From contig CAZDPS010000001.1 in assembly GCA_964507615.1 (NCBI GenBank), forward strand, positions 25,777 to 89,776: a stretch of DNA of 64,000 bases, read 5' to 3'. Both the position numbers and the translations under genes were made by a program. A model generated the notes under the pieces. That model worked only from the letters and a program-made list of their open reading frames with translations, had not been told where the DNA came from and searched no databases. Below, one piece after another: positions 1 to 10,686 of the stretch. Source of the stretch: an uncultured Candidatus Saccharibacteria bacterium (lineage in GTDB: Bacteria; Patescibacteriota; Minisyncoccia; Phycocordibacterales; DATDWN01). Numbering within the stretch: position 1 is the stretch's first letter; every line of letters begins with the position of its first letter.

Positions 1-590
1 GCAAGCTCTAGAATACCCTTTGCCCACTCATCTGTATTGTCTTTTGACTCAAGAGCTTTCAATCCTGAACCTCGGATAATAGGAGCACCGGCACCATCGA
101 AACCTTGTTTTGTAAGGAGCTCTCGAACTTCCTCCTCCACAAGATCAATAAGTTCCTTATCAGGCACCATGTCGCATTTGTTCAAAAATACGATCATTTT
201 AGGCACACCAACTTGTTTCGCCAAAAGAACGTGTTCTCTTGTTTGAGGCATCACACCGTCTGTAGCCGCTACCACAAGCACCGCACCGTCCATTTGAGCG
301 GCACCAGTAATCATGTTCTTGATGTAATCGGCGTGTCCAGGAGCATCCACGTGAGCGTAGTGACGTGTAGGTGTCTCGTACTCGTTGTGAGAAAGAGCAA
401 TAGTAATTCCTCTTGCTTTTTCTTCTGGAGCTGAGTCTATTTGATCAACTCCTTTTAATTTAGCTGAATATCCATTACCTGCTCTATTAAGAATAGTTAG
501 GATAGCTGCTGTTAATGTTGTCTTTCCATGGTCAACGTGACCAATTGTTCCCACGTTTACGTGAGGTTTACTTCTATCAAAATCTGCCAT
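1..590 (-). CDS. tuf: Elongation factor Tu, N-terminal part (gene runs off left edge)
   Basis: Reverse strand from ATG (590-588) reads [31 protein letters not shown]...; GTPase motifs present; open to position 1. Confidence 0.95.
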   Translation of the reverse strand, partial: MADFDRSKPHVNVGTIGHVDHGKTTLTAAILTILNRAGNGYSAKLKGVDQIDSAPEEKARGITIALSHNEYETPTRHYAHVDAPGHADYIKNMITGAAQMDGAVLVVAATDGVMPQTREHVLLAKQVGVPKMIVFLNKCDMVPDKELIDLVEEEVRELLTKQGFDGAGAPIIRGSGLKALESKDNTDEWAKGILEL

Positions 591-760
591 AATAATTTTT
601 AATTAAATTAATAATTTTTAAACAAGAACCTCTAAAAATTTAATGTTCGAGAAATCTAAACTTTTAGAACTTCTGCGTTTACTAATAAATAAAAGCATCG
701 CAAAGCGACACTCAATCATAGTAGACAAAAAGAAAAAAATAGTCAAGTTTGGGCTTTTTG

Positions 761-1057
761 TTAAGCCGTAACTAGAAGATCTCGTTTTAGATTGTTTCTT
801 TCCTCCATCACCATTTGGTCAAATGTTGGTATTTTTGATTTGAGAAATGACAACACATCCTGAGGGGTCGAGGTGTCGTTATCTAAAATGGAGTCAAATT
901 CTTCTTGTTCTTTATCAGACAATATATCAAGAGCCCTAACCAAGACAGCCTGGTATATCATCTTACCCATACGGTCTACCACATCGGCCTGTTTATCCGG
1001 AGGTAGTGAGCCAAGACCCCATTCCTCTATGATATCTTTTGATAAAATATTGTTCAT
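761..1057 (-). CDS. Hypothetical small acidic protein (98 aa)
   Basis: Clean ORF packed 4 nt downstream of the 976-aa gene; host-like AT-rich codons; no family recognised. Confidence 0.55.
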   Translation of the reverse strand: MNNILSKDIIEEWGLGSLPPDKQADVVDRMGKMIYQAVLVRALDILSDKEQEEFDSILDNDTSTPQDVLSFLKSKIPTFDQMVMEERNNLKRDLLVTA

Positions 1058-1061
1058 AAGT

Positions 1062-3992
1062 TTATTTTATTTGTAAAAATTTCTTCACATTTTTAAAAGC
1101 TCTCTCATAAGCATTGTCATCTAAAAACCACCCCCCCTTCAAATTGCTATCAAATTTAAGTTTTGGACCTAAAACTGATCCTTTTACTTCCATCGAGCCG
1201 CTAGCTATCTCTTTTCCATTTAATAGAACTTTCATACCCATAGGGTCATTACTCAATCCTTGAATTATATATATTTTTCCACCTTCAAAATCAATTGCTG
1301 TAGGATTTTGACCAATCTGATCTACTTTTGCACTCTTTTCGAACGCCTCAGCAAAGGCCCCTCTGATATCTTTATATTTTGCACCATCTTGATACATGTC
1401 ATCCAAAACTAATATCTTGCTGTCCCCAAAAACCTTATCATGACCTATAATTTGATCTCCAATCTTTACAACCTTCCCTTCTCCTTGAGTCACAATGTCA
1501 ACCAAAGAACCCTTGTGCTCCACTTGGTGTATTAGATTTTCTGGACGAGACACATCAATCGTTGGTGTTACTTCTGGTTCACTTGGAATAGTTACATGTT
1601 CCATCGGAGCCGTCCTAGAATCCCAATCCGGTATCACTTTTGTTTGTATAACTTCTGCATCAACAGGAATATCTGCCAACTTTTCTGGTGTTGGAGCACT
1701 TGATGTGTTTGTATCCATCTCTGGAACCACTGCCTTAACGCTATCTCTCCCAAGACCTGACAAGGTTTCTTTTGTGCCATCTACACGCTCTATAATTAAT
1801 TTTCCATTACTATCTATTGATAGTTTCTCTCCTGCGTAGCCGATTGCGCTTTCATTAACGTCACCCGGTTTATACAAACCATATTCTTTTGCTATCTCTA
1901 CCGTAGGTTTGTCTATAATATTTGTTTTTATTTCTGGAGGAATATTGTCACCATACTGTTTTATGATGTTCGCTTTTAGATTATGAATGTCCTGCAAAAA
2001 CCCTTTCGGACTTAGCTCAACTGTCGCGGAAACAACAGTTGAAGTTTTTATTGATTCTGGAGTTATTATATTTTCAGGTTTATTGACTATCTCATGAATT
2101 AAACTATCTTGTTTATTTAAAACAGGTTCTGTAATGGATGAAGTAGTTGATTTTGACCTAACAACACCATCAAAAGAACCTGCTTTTGGCTTATTAACCG
2201 TCTCCATAGAACCAGTTGCACCTACTGTGCTACCAGAGGACAGCGCAGATTCTGCCAAACCCGCCAAAATACCGGCTCCAGCACCTGCTCCAACCATAAC
2301 CAAGGCTTTTTTTATCCTCTGACTATTTTTTCTTTTTACTTCTTCTTCTTTAGCCTTCATGTAATCGACCTCTCTTTCCTCAAAAGATTTTTCTAAATTT
2401 TCATAACCAGAAGCTGCCTCTTCCTTGGCTTCGGCATTTATCCTATCTGCTCTTTTGCCATATAGACTACCAGCAACACGAGAGCCAATTGCTCCACCTA
2501 AACCCCTACCCAAACGTGTTCCTGCATATAGAGCGCCAGCGCCAAGACCAGCAGTTAAGCCGACTCCTGTACCAATCAAAATTGGAGCCAAAGCCAAACG
2601 TGCACCAATAGGAATCTTTGACCAGACCTTGAGACCCTTGGTGGCAATTTCTTTTATTTTATTAACCTTATCACTTTCTACCGAAGACAGCTCCGCCATT
2701 TGACCTTGTAATAAATCCCACTCTCTTTCTGCTTGTTCTAGTAGTTTTATTTTGATCTGTCCAACCATCTCTCTCTCCTCTTCTGGAGTCATCGTTACCC
2801 CTCCACCCTCCTTTTCCTGTGCCTTAGATTCAAACGTATCAATAATTTCATCTTTCTTTGTTGCTTTTTCCTTAATGTACATTGCTAGTGCACCATCCAA
2901 ACTCCTTTGCGCCTCATCCAATTCCACCTCTGTTGGAGATTTCTCTTTTGAACGTCCAGACAAAATACCCCAAGAGAGCAAGCTCTGCAAAGAGCCTTTC
3001 ATTTTATTATATTTATTATTTTTTTTATTGAATTCTATTTTTGCACGAGCATAATTTTCTCTAGCAATATCTAAACTAGTTTTAACCGTCTCAATTTTTT
3101 CGACTACATCTGGAGCCAAATCACCCAATTCATATCTATTACCCACAGCATCCGCTTCAACCGAAGACGACAACTCTGTTGAAACATTTTCCTCCTTTTC
3201 TTTTTCGTTTATTAATTTTATGAGCAAAGCTTTTCTCTCAACATCTGTTATATTTTCTACACTATTTCTAGCTACTCCAAAATAACCTTCTTCAATGTCC
3301 TTCAGTATCTGGTCCTCATATTTCTTGTCTGGAGAATCTGCTAGTGGAATATTTGTGTTTTCTTCCTCTAAATCTCCTGTAGCTTCTCCGACAGACTGAA
3401 TAGTATCTTCAACTGCTATAGGCGGTTCACTATTTTTCTTAAGTCCTTCTGTATCTTGATGTTCCATCTCAATCATCTGCACCCCTTCAACGTCTTCCTC
3501 TGATGGAGGCCAAGCAAGATCACCAATATCCTGCTTTTTCTCTCCTTTATTCAAACCATTTAACAAATCAAAGGCTGTATTGTATTCCCGTTCAGTTATG
3601 TAATGTCGTGCATAATGATTATTAAGAGCTCTTATTATCGCATCTTTAGGCATACCTTCCATGCTGTGTAATAAAGATCTCTTTCTAGAATTTTCGGACA
3701 AACCGTTGATATAATCCACAAGACTCTTAGGTAATGGAAAAATCTCTTCACTTGCCTTACTACCTTCTATTGATTCTTTAACAACCGCTCCCCCTGATTC
3801 AGTGGTTATTATGGGTGCTGGATCAATACCTATTTCTGTAGGTTTTTTTATTTCAGAAAAATCATGTATACCAGAAAGAGGTTCTTGTTCTGATTTTGAC
3901 TCCACTTGTCCAGCTAAAAAATCTAGTGGATTTTTTGAGGGAGGATTTAGATGTAAATCTAGATCATCTATTCTTTCTGCAGGAGTTGCCAT
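1062..3992 (-). CDS. Large hypothetical membrane-associated protein (976 aa)
   Basis: Long uninterrupted ORF; acidic/coiled-coil-like N half; central Gly-zipper-like hydrophobic segments (IGARLALAPILIGTGVGLTAGLGAGALYAG; VMVGAGAGAGILAGLAE); no family recognised. Confidence 0.75.
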   Translation of the reverse strand: MATPAERIDDLDLHLNPPSKNPLDFLAGQVESKSEQEPLSGIHDFSEIKKPTEIGIDPAPIITTESGGAVVKESIEGSKASEEIFPLPKSLVDYINGLSENSRKRSLLHSMEGMPKDAIIRALNNHYARHYITEREYNTAFDLLNGLNKGEKKQDIGDLAWPPSEEDVEGVQMIEMEHQDTEGLKKNSEPPIAVEDTIQSVGEATGDLEEENTNIPLADSPDKKYEDQILKDIEEGYFGVARNSVENITDVERKALLIKLINEKEKEENVSTELSSSVEADAVGNRYELGDLAPDVVEKIETVKTSLDIARENYARAKIEFNKKNNKYNKMKGSLQSLLSWGILSGRSKEKSPTEVELDEAQRSLDGALAMYIKEKATKKDEIIDTFESKAQEKEGGGVTMTPEEEREMVGQIKIKLLEQAEREWDLLQGQMAELSSVESDKVNKIKEIATKGLKVWSKIPIGARLALAPILIGTGVGLTAGLGAGALYAGTRLGRGLGGAIGSRVAGSLYGKRADRINAEAKEEAASGYENLEKSFEEREVDYMKAKEEEVKRKNSQRIKKALVMVGAGAGAGILAGLAESALSSGSTVGATGSMETVNKPKAGSFDGVVRSKSTTSSITEPVLNKQDSLIHEIVNKPENIITPESIKTSTVVSATVELSPKGFLQDIHNLKANIIKQYGDNIPPEIKTNIIDKPTVEIAKEYGLYKPGDVNESAIGYAGEKLSIDSNGKLIIERVDGTKETLSGLGRDSVKAVVPEMDTNTSSAPTPEKLADIPVDAEVIQTKVIPDWDSRTAPMEHVTIPSEPEVTPTIDVSRPENLIHQVEHKGSLVDIVTQGEGKVVKIGDQIIGHDKVFGDSKILVLDDMYQDGAKYKDIRGAFAEAFEKSAKVDQIGQNPTAIDFEGGKIYIIQGLSNDPMGMKVLLNGKEIASGSMEVKGSVLGPKLKFDSNLKGGWFLDDNAYERAFKNVKKFLQIK

Positions 3993-4026
3993 GTGTACAT
4001 TATATATTCTTTGAAATACTGACGCA

Positions 4027-4060
4027 ATAAAAAATCTCGCATTTCTGCGAGATTTTTTAT
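4027..4060 (-). terminator. Intrinsic terminator after fusA (bidirectional hairpin)
   Basis: Stem aatctcgca/tgcgagatt (4033-4054) flanked by A-run and T-run. Confidence 0.7.
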
Positions 4061-4063
4061 TTT

Positions 4064-6205
4064 TTATTTTCTACTTTCTACAATAGTCTTCTCAACATTA
4101 GGAGGAACCACCTCGTAATGATCAAACTCCATCATCACACTTCCCCTACCCTGTGTCATAGAACGAATATCAGTAGTGTAACCAAACATTTCTGACAATG
4201 GAACTTTGGCATGAATAACTCTGAGCATTCCTCTCTCTTCCATTCCTTCTATTTGACCTCTCTTTCCTGAAAGTGATCCCGTAACATCACCCATGAACTG
4301 TTCTGGCATGATAGCATCAACTTTCATAATAGGTTCTAGAATAACTGGACGAGCTCTTTTGGCTGCGTCCTGGAACGCTTGTGAAGCTGCGATCTTGTAA
4401 GCGATTTCTGAAGAGTCCACATCATGATATGAACCGAACGTAAGTTCACAAGAAACATTTACCATTTTGTATCCAGCAACAATTCCTCGATCCATAGCCT
4501 CGTGAACACCCTTCTCAACTGCTGGAATGAACTCTTGAGGAATAACACCTCCCTTAATTGAGTCAATGAACTCGAAGTCTTCATATCTTTTAACGTTCTT
4601 TGGAATTTTTGCTCCCTCTTCTATCTTCTCAAGAGGTTTGATCGTAAGTTTAACGTGACCATACTGACCCTTACCTCCAGTTTGTTTGATGTATTTGTGT
4701 TCTGCATCTGCTGTACCCAAGATAGTCTCTCTGTATGCCACTTGTGGTTTACCAACATTAACCTCCACACTGAATTCTCTCTTCATACGATCAACCATAA
4801 TCTCAAGGTGAAGCTCTCCCATTCCTGAAACTATAGTCTCTCCTGTTTCTGTGTTTGAAGAAACAACAAATGTTGGGTCTTCGTCAGAAAGTTTTTTCAA
4901 AGCCATACCCATTTTCTCTTGGTCTGCTTTTGTCTTTGGTTCAATACGTAGAGCAACCACAGGAGCCACGAACTTGATAGGGTCTAGAACTATTGGTTTA
5001 TTCTCGTCACAAAGAGTGTGTGATGTTTTCGCAGACTTCAATCCCACAGCTGCGGCTATCTCTCCAGCAAAAACTTTTTTCACCTCCTCTCTTTTATCCG
5101 CCTGGAGTCTCACAATACGTCCAAGTCTTTCTTTCTCTCCTGTTGTTGAGTTATATATGTATGTTCCTGCTTCTATTGTTCCAGAATAAACACGGAAGAA
5201 TGTAAGCTGTCCAACGAAAGGATCATTTTGCAATTTGAAAGCAAGTGCTGCAAAAGGCTCTTCATCAGAAGCATGTCTTATTGTTTCCTCACCTGTCTTT
5301 GGATCCAAACCTTTTACTGGAGGAATGTCGAGTGGAGATGGCAAATACTCTACAACCGCATCCAAAACAAGTTGAATACCTTTGTTTTTCAATGCTGAAC
5401 CAGCCATAACAGGAACAAGCTTTACTTCCAAACATGCCTTTCTCAAAGTTTTCTTTAACTCTTCTATAGTAGGCTCATTTCCATTTAGAAACATTTCCAT
5501 TTGAGCATCATCTTGCTCAACAATTTTTTCGATGAGTTCTGCACGGAATTTCTTTGCCTCGTCTAGATACTCTGCAGGAATTTCTGCCTCACGAATATTC
5601 ATACCCATGTTGCCCTCAAAGTAGTAGGCCTTCATCTTCAAAAGATCTATCACGCCCTCAAACTTATCTTCCAAACCAATAGGGATTTGTAGTCTAACTG
5701 CATTTTTTGTAAGTCGGTCCAAGATAGATTCGTATGATCTCTCAAAAGACGCACCCGTTCGATCAAGTTTGTTTATGAGACAGATTCTAGGAACATTACC
5801 ATCATCCGCGTATCTCCAGTTTGTTTCAGACTGAGGTTCCACACCAGCCACACCGTCAAACACAACAACCGCGCCGTCCAAAACTCGGAGAGACCTTTTC
5901 ACTTCAGCTGTAAAGTCAATGTGTCCCGGAGTATCAATGATATTGAAACGATACTGTGGCTTACCATCTTTTGGCATGTAAGTAGGATTCCAGAAACAAG
6001 TAATAGCAGCGGCGGTAATAGTAATACCTCGCTCTCTCTCCTGTTCCATCCAGTCAGTCACCGTCTCACCTTCGTGTACCTCACCTATTTTGTGTGTCAT
6101 TCCAGTATAGAAAAGCACACGCTCTGATGTAGTTGTCTTACCAGCATCAATGTGAGCAATAATACCGAAGTTTCTAACTCTCTCCAATGGATAATCGCGG
6201 TTCAT
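4064..6205 (-). CDS. fusA: Elongation factor G
   Basis: [35 protein letters not shown]...; start moved to Met16 of the track ORF to match the conserved EF-G N-terminus. Confidence 0.95.
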   Translation of the reverse strand: MNRDYPLERVRNFGIIAHIDAGKTTTSERVLFYTGMTHKIGEVHEGETVTDWMEQERERGITITAAAITCFWNPTYMPKDGKPQYRFNIIDTPGHIDFTAEVKRSLRVLDGAVVVFDGVAGVEPQSETNWRYADDGNVPRICLINKLDRTGASFERSYESILDRLTKNAVRLQIPIGLEDKFEGVIDLLKMKAYYFEGNMGMNIREAEIPAEYLDEAKKFRAELIEKIVEQDDAQMEMFLNGNEPTIEELKKTLRKACLEVKLVPVMAGSALKNKGIQLVLDAVVEYLPSPLDIPPVKGLDPKTGEETIRHASDEEPFAALAFKLQNDPFVGQLTFFRVYSGTIEAGTYIYNSTTGEKERLGRIVRLQADKREEVKKVFAGEIAAAVGLKSAKTSHTLCDENKPIVLDPIKFVAPVVALRIEPKTKADQEKMGMALKKLSDEDPTFVVSSNTETGETIVSGMGELHLEIMVDRMKREFSVEVNVGKPQVAYRETILGTADAEHKYIKQTGGKGQYGHVKLTIKPLEKIEEGAKIPKNVKRYEDFEFIDSIKGGVIPQEFIPAVEKGVHEAMDRGIVAGYKMVNVSCELTFGSYHDVDSSEIAYKIAASQAFQDAAKRARPVILEPIMKVDAIMPEQFMGDVTGSLSGKRGQIEGMEERGMLRVIHAKVPLSEMFGYTTDIRSMTQGRGSVMMEFDHYEVVPPNVEKTIVESRK

Positions 6206-6292
6206 AATAAAATAATAATTTAATAAATAAATAAAAAAGCCCTCAGGCAATCACACAAAACTATATACCAAAAGACATTTTTGAGCAATAAG

Positions 6293-6323
6293 ATAAAATC
6301 CAAGGGTAACCCTTGGATTTTAT
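6293..6323 (-). terminator. Hairpin terminator overlapping the stop of the 63-aa ORF
   Basis: aaaatccaaggg/cccttggatttt stem followed by a T-rich tract on the minus strand. Confidence 0.55.
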
Positions 6324-6511
6324 CTTTCCTTTAGTGCATTAACTTCCCTTTCTAAATCCTCCAGTCTTTCGTGGTCAGATTTATGATGAATGAGAGCTTT
6401 TTGAACAAAAGGCCAAATAAGAAGACCTATAATAACATCAAAAATAATAATGAGCATAAGCTCAAAATACCAGTGAGCCGGATCTCTAACTAGATGTAAA
6501 AATTCTTCCAT
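6320..6511 (-). CDS. Small membrane protein (63 aa)
   Basis: One hydrophobic helix (WYFELMLIIIFDVIIGLLIWPF) plus charged tail; followed by a terminator. Confidence 0.5.
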   Translation of the reverse strand: MEEFLHLVRDPAHWYFELMLIIIFDVIIGLLIWPFVQKALIHHKSDHERLEDLEREVNALKER

Positions 6512-6574
6512 CCAAACATAATAATACTTTTAGACTTTTTATACAAAACAAAATCTAAGAGCACCTCTCAGGTT

Positions 6575-7066
6575 TTACCTATTACGATCTAGAACGTGAG
6601 CTGATACAAACATAATTACCCTCTTTTTACCCTCAGAATCTTCAAATGAATCTCTTTTAATAGATACCTCTATACCAAGAGTCCAAAGTTTTTTTATTAA
6701 TAATTTAAAACCTTCTTCCCTTTCGTTAGCCATTTCCGGATTGGTATAGTGAAGATCGATTGCATCACCCCGCATTAGAGACAGCTTGACTGTTTTTAAT
6801 AAAAGTTTCTCAGATCTAGTAAAAGTATCAAATTTCTCATCAATAACATCCAACATCCTTGGGGCCTCCCTCATCTCTTTAGCAAAATCAGCTAATTTTT
6901 GCTCTGGAGACTCCGCAACATTTTTCGTATAATTTTTTTCTTGTTCTTTCTGTGCAATCTCAAAACCCTCATTCCTACTTTCACTCATGATTTTCTGTTC
7001 ATCTGTCATCATATCTTCAGCTTTTTTAATTTCCTCTTCTGTTGGTTTATATCCTTCTTCACTCAT
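6575..7066 (-). CDS. Hypothetical acidic protein (about 163 aa)
   Basis: Track ORF 6575..7204 trimmed to MSEEGYKPTEEE...; the upstream part overlaps repeat A1 and looks non-coding. Confidence 0.5.
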   Translation of the reverse strand: MSEEGYKPTEEEIKKAEDMMTDEQKIMSESRNEGFEIAQKEQEKNYTKNVAESPEQKLADFAKEMREAPRMLDVIDEKFDTFTRSEKLLLKTVKLSLMRGDAIDLHYTNPEMANEREEGFKLLIKKLWTLGIEVSIKRDSFEDSEGKKRVIMFVSAHVLDRNR

Positions 7067-7156
7067 ATTTTTTAAATTAGATATTAATAACCTAATTTTA
7101 CCCCCACCCACAGGGAATGCAAGGGAAAAACAAATCCCACTGTAAGCGGGTTGTGA

Positions 7157-7285
7157 GTTAGCTCGGAGGATTTTTCGCGAAGGTCGCGTATAAAATTCGA
7201 GCAAGCGAGGAGCCGTACAATGGTACGGTGACGAGAATGCGAGGATTTTAGACGATGAGATTCGTGAAAAAGACCCGAGCGACTA
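7157..7285 (+). repeat. Family A imperfect palindromic intergenic repeat, copy A1
   Basis: Boxes aaggtcgcgtataaaat ... gaggagccgtac-aatg-gtacggtgacgag ... attttagacgatgagatt; related copies at 19041, 28488, 55436. Confidence 0.7.
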
Positions 7286-7753
7286 CCAAGCGAAGTGAGC
7301 AAAAGCTTTGTTAGCCTCCGCCATCTTGTGAGTATCCTCTCTCTTCTTAACTGCCTTACCTTCGTTTTTTGAAGCTAGTATTATTTCATCTGCTAGACGA
7401 GTTGCCATAGGAGCTCCCTTTCCATCTCGAGCTGCGTCAATAATCCATTTCATAGATAAAAATGATCGTCTTTCTGGTCTTACTTCTCTTGGAATTTGGT
7501 AGTTAGCACCACCAACGCGTCTTGAACGAACTTCTGTTAAAGGTCCTGTATTTTTCAAAGCTGTATCAAATACTTCCATAACATCCTCTACTTTTGCCTT
7601 TTCTTTAACCATTGTTAGTGCTTCGTAGACGATTTTCTGAGCTGTAGCTTTTTGACCACGCAACATAACGTAGTTGATAAATTTACCAATCTTTTCTGAA
7701 CCATATTCATGGTCTTTGCCTACTATATTTCTGTTTGTAACTTTTCTTCGCAT
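7283..7753 (-). CDS. rpsG: 30S ribosomal protein S7
   Basis: 156 aa; MRRKVTNRNIVGKDHEYGSEKIGKFINYVMLRGQKATAQKIVYEAL... typical S7; follows rpsL. Confidence 0.95.
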   Translation of the reverse strand: MRRKVTNRNIVGKDHEYGSEKIGKFINYVMLRGQKATAQKIVYEALTMVKEKAKVEDVMEVFDTALKNTGPLTEVRSRRVGGANYQIPREVRPERRSFLSMKWIIDAARDGKGAPMATRLADEIILASKNEGKAVKKREDTHKMAEANKAFAHFAW

Positions 7754-7766
7754 GATTTATTTAAAA

Positions 7767-8180
7767 TTATTTACCTTTTGGTTTCTTTACTCCGTATCTT
7801 GAGCGACCCTTTGCTCTCTTCTCTACTCCTGTTGCATCAAGCATACCTCGTACTATTGTATATCTAACACCAACATCCTTTACCTTTCCACCTCGGAGCA
7901 ATACCACTGAGTGCTCCTGCAAGTTGTGCCCCATTCCTGGAATATATGCTGTTACTTCAAGACCGTTTGTTAGACGAACTCTGGCGATTTTACGAATAGC
8001 TGAGTTTGGTTTCTTTGGAGTCTTGGTTGTAACTTTTGTACACACACCTCTTTTGAAAGAAGATGGGTAATAAACAGGTCTGTTTGTAAGAGTATTGAAG
8101 CCACGAGTTAAAGCAACGGCCTTTGGTTTTGGTCGAGGTTTGAATCTCTTTCTTTTTATTAACTGATTGATTGTTGACAT
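7767..8180 (-). CDS. rpsL: 30S ribosomal protein S12
   Basis: [15 protein letters not shown]...; start trimmed to the conserved S12 N-terminus. Confidence 0.95.
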   Translation of the reverse strand: MSTINQLIKRKRFKPRPKPKAVALTRGFNTLTNRPVYYPSSFKRGVCTKVTTKTPKKPNSAIRKIARVRLTNGLEVTAYIPGMGHNLQEHSVVLLRGGKVKDVGVRYTIVRGMLDATGVEKRAKGRSRYGVKKPKGK

Positions 8181-8223
8181 TGCAGGGTTTACTCTAATAT
8201 ATCTACATAAAAAACGCAAGTAG

Positions 8224-8838
8224 TTAGGCCGTGATCCCGGTTATAAGATAAAACTCCCATGATACTACGGGCAAAAGGAACTTCCAGAGGAAAAATATAA
8301 AGAATATCAATATAAATGTGCCGTTTTGCTCCAAAAAATCACGCACATTCTGCATATGATATGGTAAAAATGAGAATAATATTTTTGAGCCATCCAAAGG
8401 TGGTATAGGAATAAGATTGAACGTTGCTAAAACCAGGTTTATTAGAACTATTATGAAAGAAATATGCGTAAAGGCTTCTCCAAACTGGGCTGATATGCCA
8501 AAACGCATCATCAAACCAAAAAACAATGCTATACATATATTAGATAGTGGTCCTGCGACCGCAACTATAGCCTCTCCCCATTTTTGGTTTCTAAGGTTAT
8601 ATGGGTTAAAAGGAACTGGCTTTGCCCAGCCAATTATAAACCCCCCAAGAAAATAGGACATGACTGGGAGTAAAAATGATCCAAACCATTCCAAGTGTTT
8701 CAAAGGGTTAAGAGTTAAACGCCCTTGAAATCTAGCCGTATTATCACCCTGTAGGTAGGCAGCATACCCGTGCGAAACTTCATGGATAACCACAGAAAAT
8801 ATCAATATTATTATGGAAAATATAAAATCTATTTGCAT
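8224..8838 (-). CDS. Site-2 protease family (peptidase M50) membrane metalloprotease
   Basis: HEVSHGYAA (HExxH) in first TM, later [13 protein letters not shown] motif; polytopic. Confidence 0.8.
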   Translation of the reverse strand: MQIDFIFSIIILIFSVVIHEVSHGYAAYLQGDNTARFQGRLTLNPLKHLEWFGSFLLPVMSYFLGGFIIGWAKPVPFNPYNLRNQKWGEAIVAVAGPLSNICIALFFGLMMRFGISAQFGEAFTHISFIIVLINLVLATFNLIPIPPLDGSKILFSFLPYHMQNVRDFLEQNGTFILIFFIFFLWKFLLPVVSWEFYLITGITA

Positions 8839-8870
8839 TTTGTATTTTATATGATAGCATAATCCAACGT

Positions 8871-9113
8871 ATGGCTAAAGCATGTCCAATAACTAATAAG
8901 AGCTCTCAACTATCTGGTGGTTATTCAAACCGTACCCGTGCAACACAATTTAACCCAACAGGTATAAAGAGAAAATATGCAAACCTTCAAAAAAAGAAGG
9001 TTTACATTCCTGAACTCAAAAAAACAGTTAGCTTGACCCTTTCTGCTCGAGCAATCAAGACTATTCAAAAAAATGGCGCCTACGCTACTCTCAAAAAGGC
9101 TAAACTCATATAA
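8871..9113 (+). CDS. rpmB: 50S ribosomal protein L28
   Basis: MAKACPITNKSSQLSGGYSNRTRATQFNPTG... typical L28, 80 aa. Confidence 0.9.
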   Translation: MAKACPITNKSSQLSGGYSNRTRATQFNPTGIKRKYANLQKKKVYIPELKKTVSLTLSARAIKTIQKNGAYATLKKAKLI

Positions 9114-9205
9114 ATATAAATAAAATAGGTCTCATAAAATAACGAGCGGCCGGTCTCTACACGATAGATCCCGGCCGTTATGATATGCGCCATATGATAA
9201 TCTCC

Positions 9206-9388
9206 TCACGATGCAGCTCGGTTTTTGTCTGGCGTTTCCTGTTCCCGCCAAACAACACGTCCGCACTCTGGACAAGCCCATTTCTCCATGACTGGTCCGA
9301 TACCAGTCAAGAAAGGTACGGGTTTGCCGTTGCGATCGAGCACACGCTCGAACTCCACATCACACTTTATGCAATTTTTCTTGTCCAT
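9206..9388 (-). CDS. Small zinc-ribbon protein (60 aa), GC-rich island 1
   Basis: CIKC...CPEC pair; strong SD (aggagaggagg) 6 nt upstream of ATG; hairpin cggccgg/ccggccg (9147-9177) downstream; GC visibly above flanks. Confidence 0.6.
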   Translation of the reverse strand: MDKKNCIKCDVEFERVLDRNGKPVPFLTGIGPVMEKWACPECGRVVWREQETPDKNRAAS

Positions 9389-9436
9389 GGCACACCTCCT
9401 CTCCTAAAACAATTATACATTAAATAACAAACAGCT

Positions 9437-9685
9437 TCACCTTTTGGGTGAAGCTGTCCTAAGAAAAGAAAGATCAATGGACGAGACCTGCTCCTCCACA
9501 ACGACTTCCACGAGATTGAAGCCTGAACACTCTTCTGGATTCGGGAGGCTATCGATGTGGCGCCGAACTACCGCCTCCATCAATCTTTCTGAGTTAGCCT
9601 TGAACTCAAACTTCCCCACGACAAACTTCAGTGGAGAAAGAGAGTGAACAGTCCTAACCCAAGTAAGTCTGTACCTATGAACCAT
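9437..9685 (-). CDS. Hypothetical protein (82 aa), GC-rich island 1
   Basis: SD ggaggtg 4 nt before ATG; stop embedded in hairpin acagcttcacc/ggtgaagctgt followed by a T-rich tract. Confidence 0.55.
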   Translation of the reverse strand: MVHRYRLTWVRTVHSLSPLKFVVGKFEFKANSERLMEAVVRRHIDSLPNPEECSGFNLVEVVVEEQVSSIDLSFLRTASPKR

Positions 9686-9737
9686 GTAACACCTCCAAAT
9701 GGAACTCTACCAAAAACTTATTCTTATAACAACAATA

Positions 9738-10643
9738 TTATTTACACCCACTCGTTGGCTCTCTCACTTTTTTATTTTTCAATATAAATTCTTTTCCGTC
9801 TGACTGAAAATTTATTTGACCCATATTACACGTAACAAGAGTCTTTAATTTTTGTTTATCCAATATTTCTAGAACCTCTTTGTTTGGATGACTGTACATA
9901 TTATTTGTCCCGGCTGATATGACCACCCACTCTGGAGAAACAGCTTTTACATATTCCTCGCTTGAAGATGTTTTTGAACCATGATGTCCCGCCTTTAGAA
10001 TAGAACTTGTCATTTTCTCCGCGCCCAAACCCAGAAGATAGTGCTCTATATTAGACGTGGAATCCCCTTGGAGCAAAACACTTGTCTCACCATAAACAAG
10101 TTTCATTACTATGGAACCATCATTTGGAGAAAGCCCCGAGACATCACGGTCCGGAAAAAATATTTCCAAATACGCTCCCCCACCCAAGTCTATTATCTGA
10201 CCGCGCCTCGCTATTATTTTTGGAATCTTTTTATCCTTAATTTCGTTTTCCAAAACTCCATATGCACTATTTTTATTCGTTGTTCCTGGTTCAAGAACCA
10301 CATCAGTTTTAAATCTTTTTAAAAGAGCGATGAATCCTTCATAGTGATCCTTGTCTGGGTTTGTAACCACAAGCATATCTATATGCCTGTCGTACCAAGG
10401 TAAAACTTTAGAAATTTCTTTCATTAGATTGTTGTTTGGACCTCCGTCTACCAAAACCTGCATACCAGTTGGCGACTCTATAAAAATAGAATCTCCCTGA
10501 CCTATATCAAGAAAACTCACAGTCAAAATACCATCACGATCTTCACGAATTACTACAAACCACAATGTTAAACTAACTAAAAGGAGAATCCCGAGCACAT
10601 ACCATCTCAAGTAAGCACGGATATGAGATAGAATCCTTAACAT
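9738..10643 (-). CDS. ComEC/Rec2-related metallo-beta-lactamase-fold protein
   Basis: N-terminal TM, then DIGQGDS, NPDKDHYEG, KAGHHGSKTSS motifs typical of the ComEC C-terminal MBL domain. Confidence 0.8.
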   Translation of the reverse strand: MLRILSHIRAYLRWYVLGILLLVSLTLWFVVIREDRDGILTVSFLDIGQGDSIFIESPTGMQVLVDGGPNNNLMKEISKVLPWYDRHIDMLVVTNPDKDHYEGFIALLKRFKTDVVLEPGTTNKNSAYGVLENEIKDKKIPKIIARRGQIIDLGGGAYLEIFFPDRDVSGLSPNDGSIVMKLVYGETSVLLQGDSTSNIEHYLLGLGAEKMTSSILKAGHHGSKTSSSEEYVKAVSPEWVVISAGTNNMYSHPNKEVLEILDKQKLKTLVTCNMGQINFQSDGKEFILKNKKVREPTSGCK

Positions 10644-10686
10644 ATGATATATTATACACACAAATTAAGAACCAAAATATAAAAAC

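Noticed and set aside
7205-7240. Family A centre (gAGCCGTAC-aatg-GTACGGTgac) as a group II intron domain V remnant
   Set aside because: The stem is too short, with no 2-nt bulge or GNRA loop. Copies A2 and A3 lack the AGC triad. No intron ORF or domain VI context is present.
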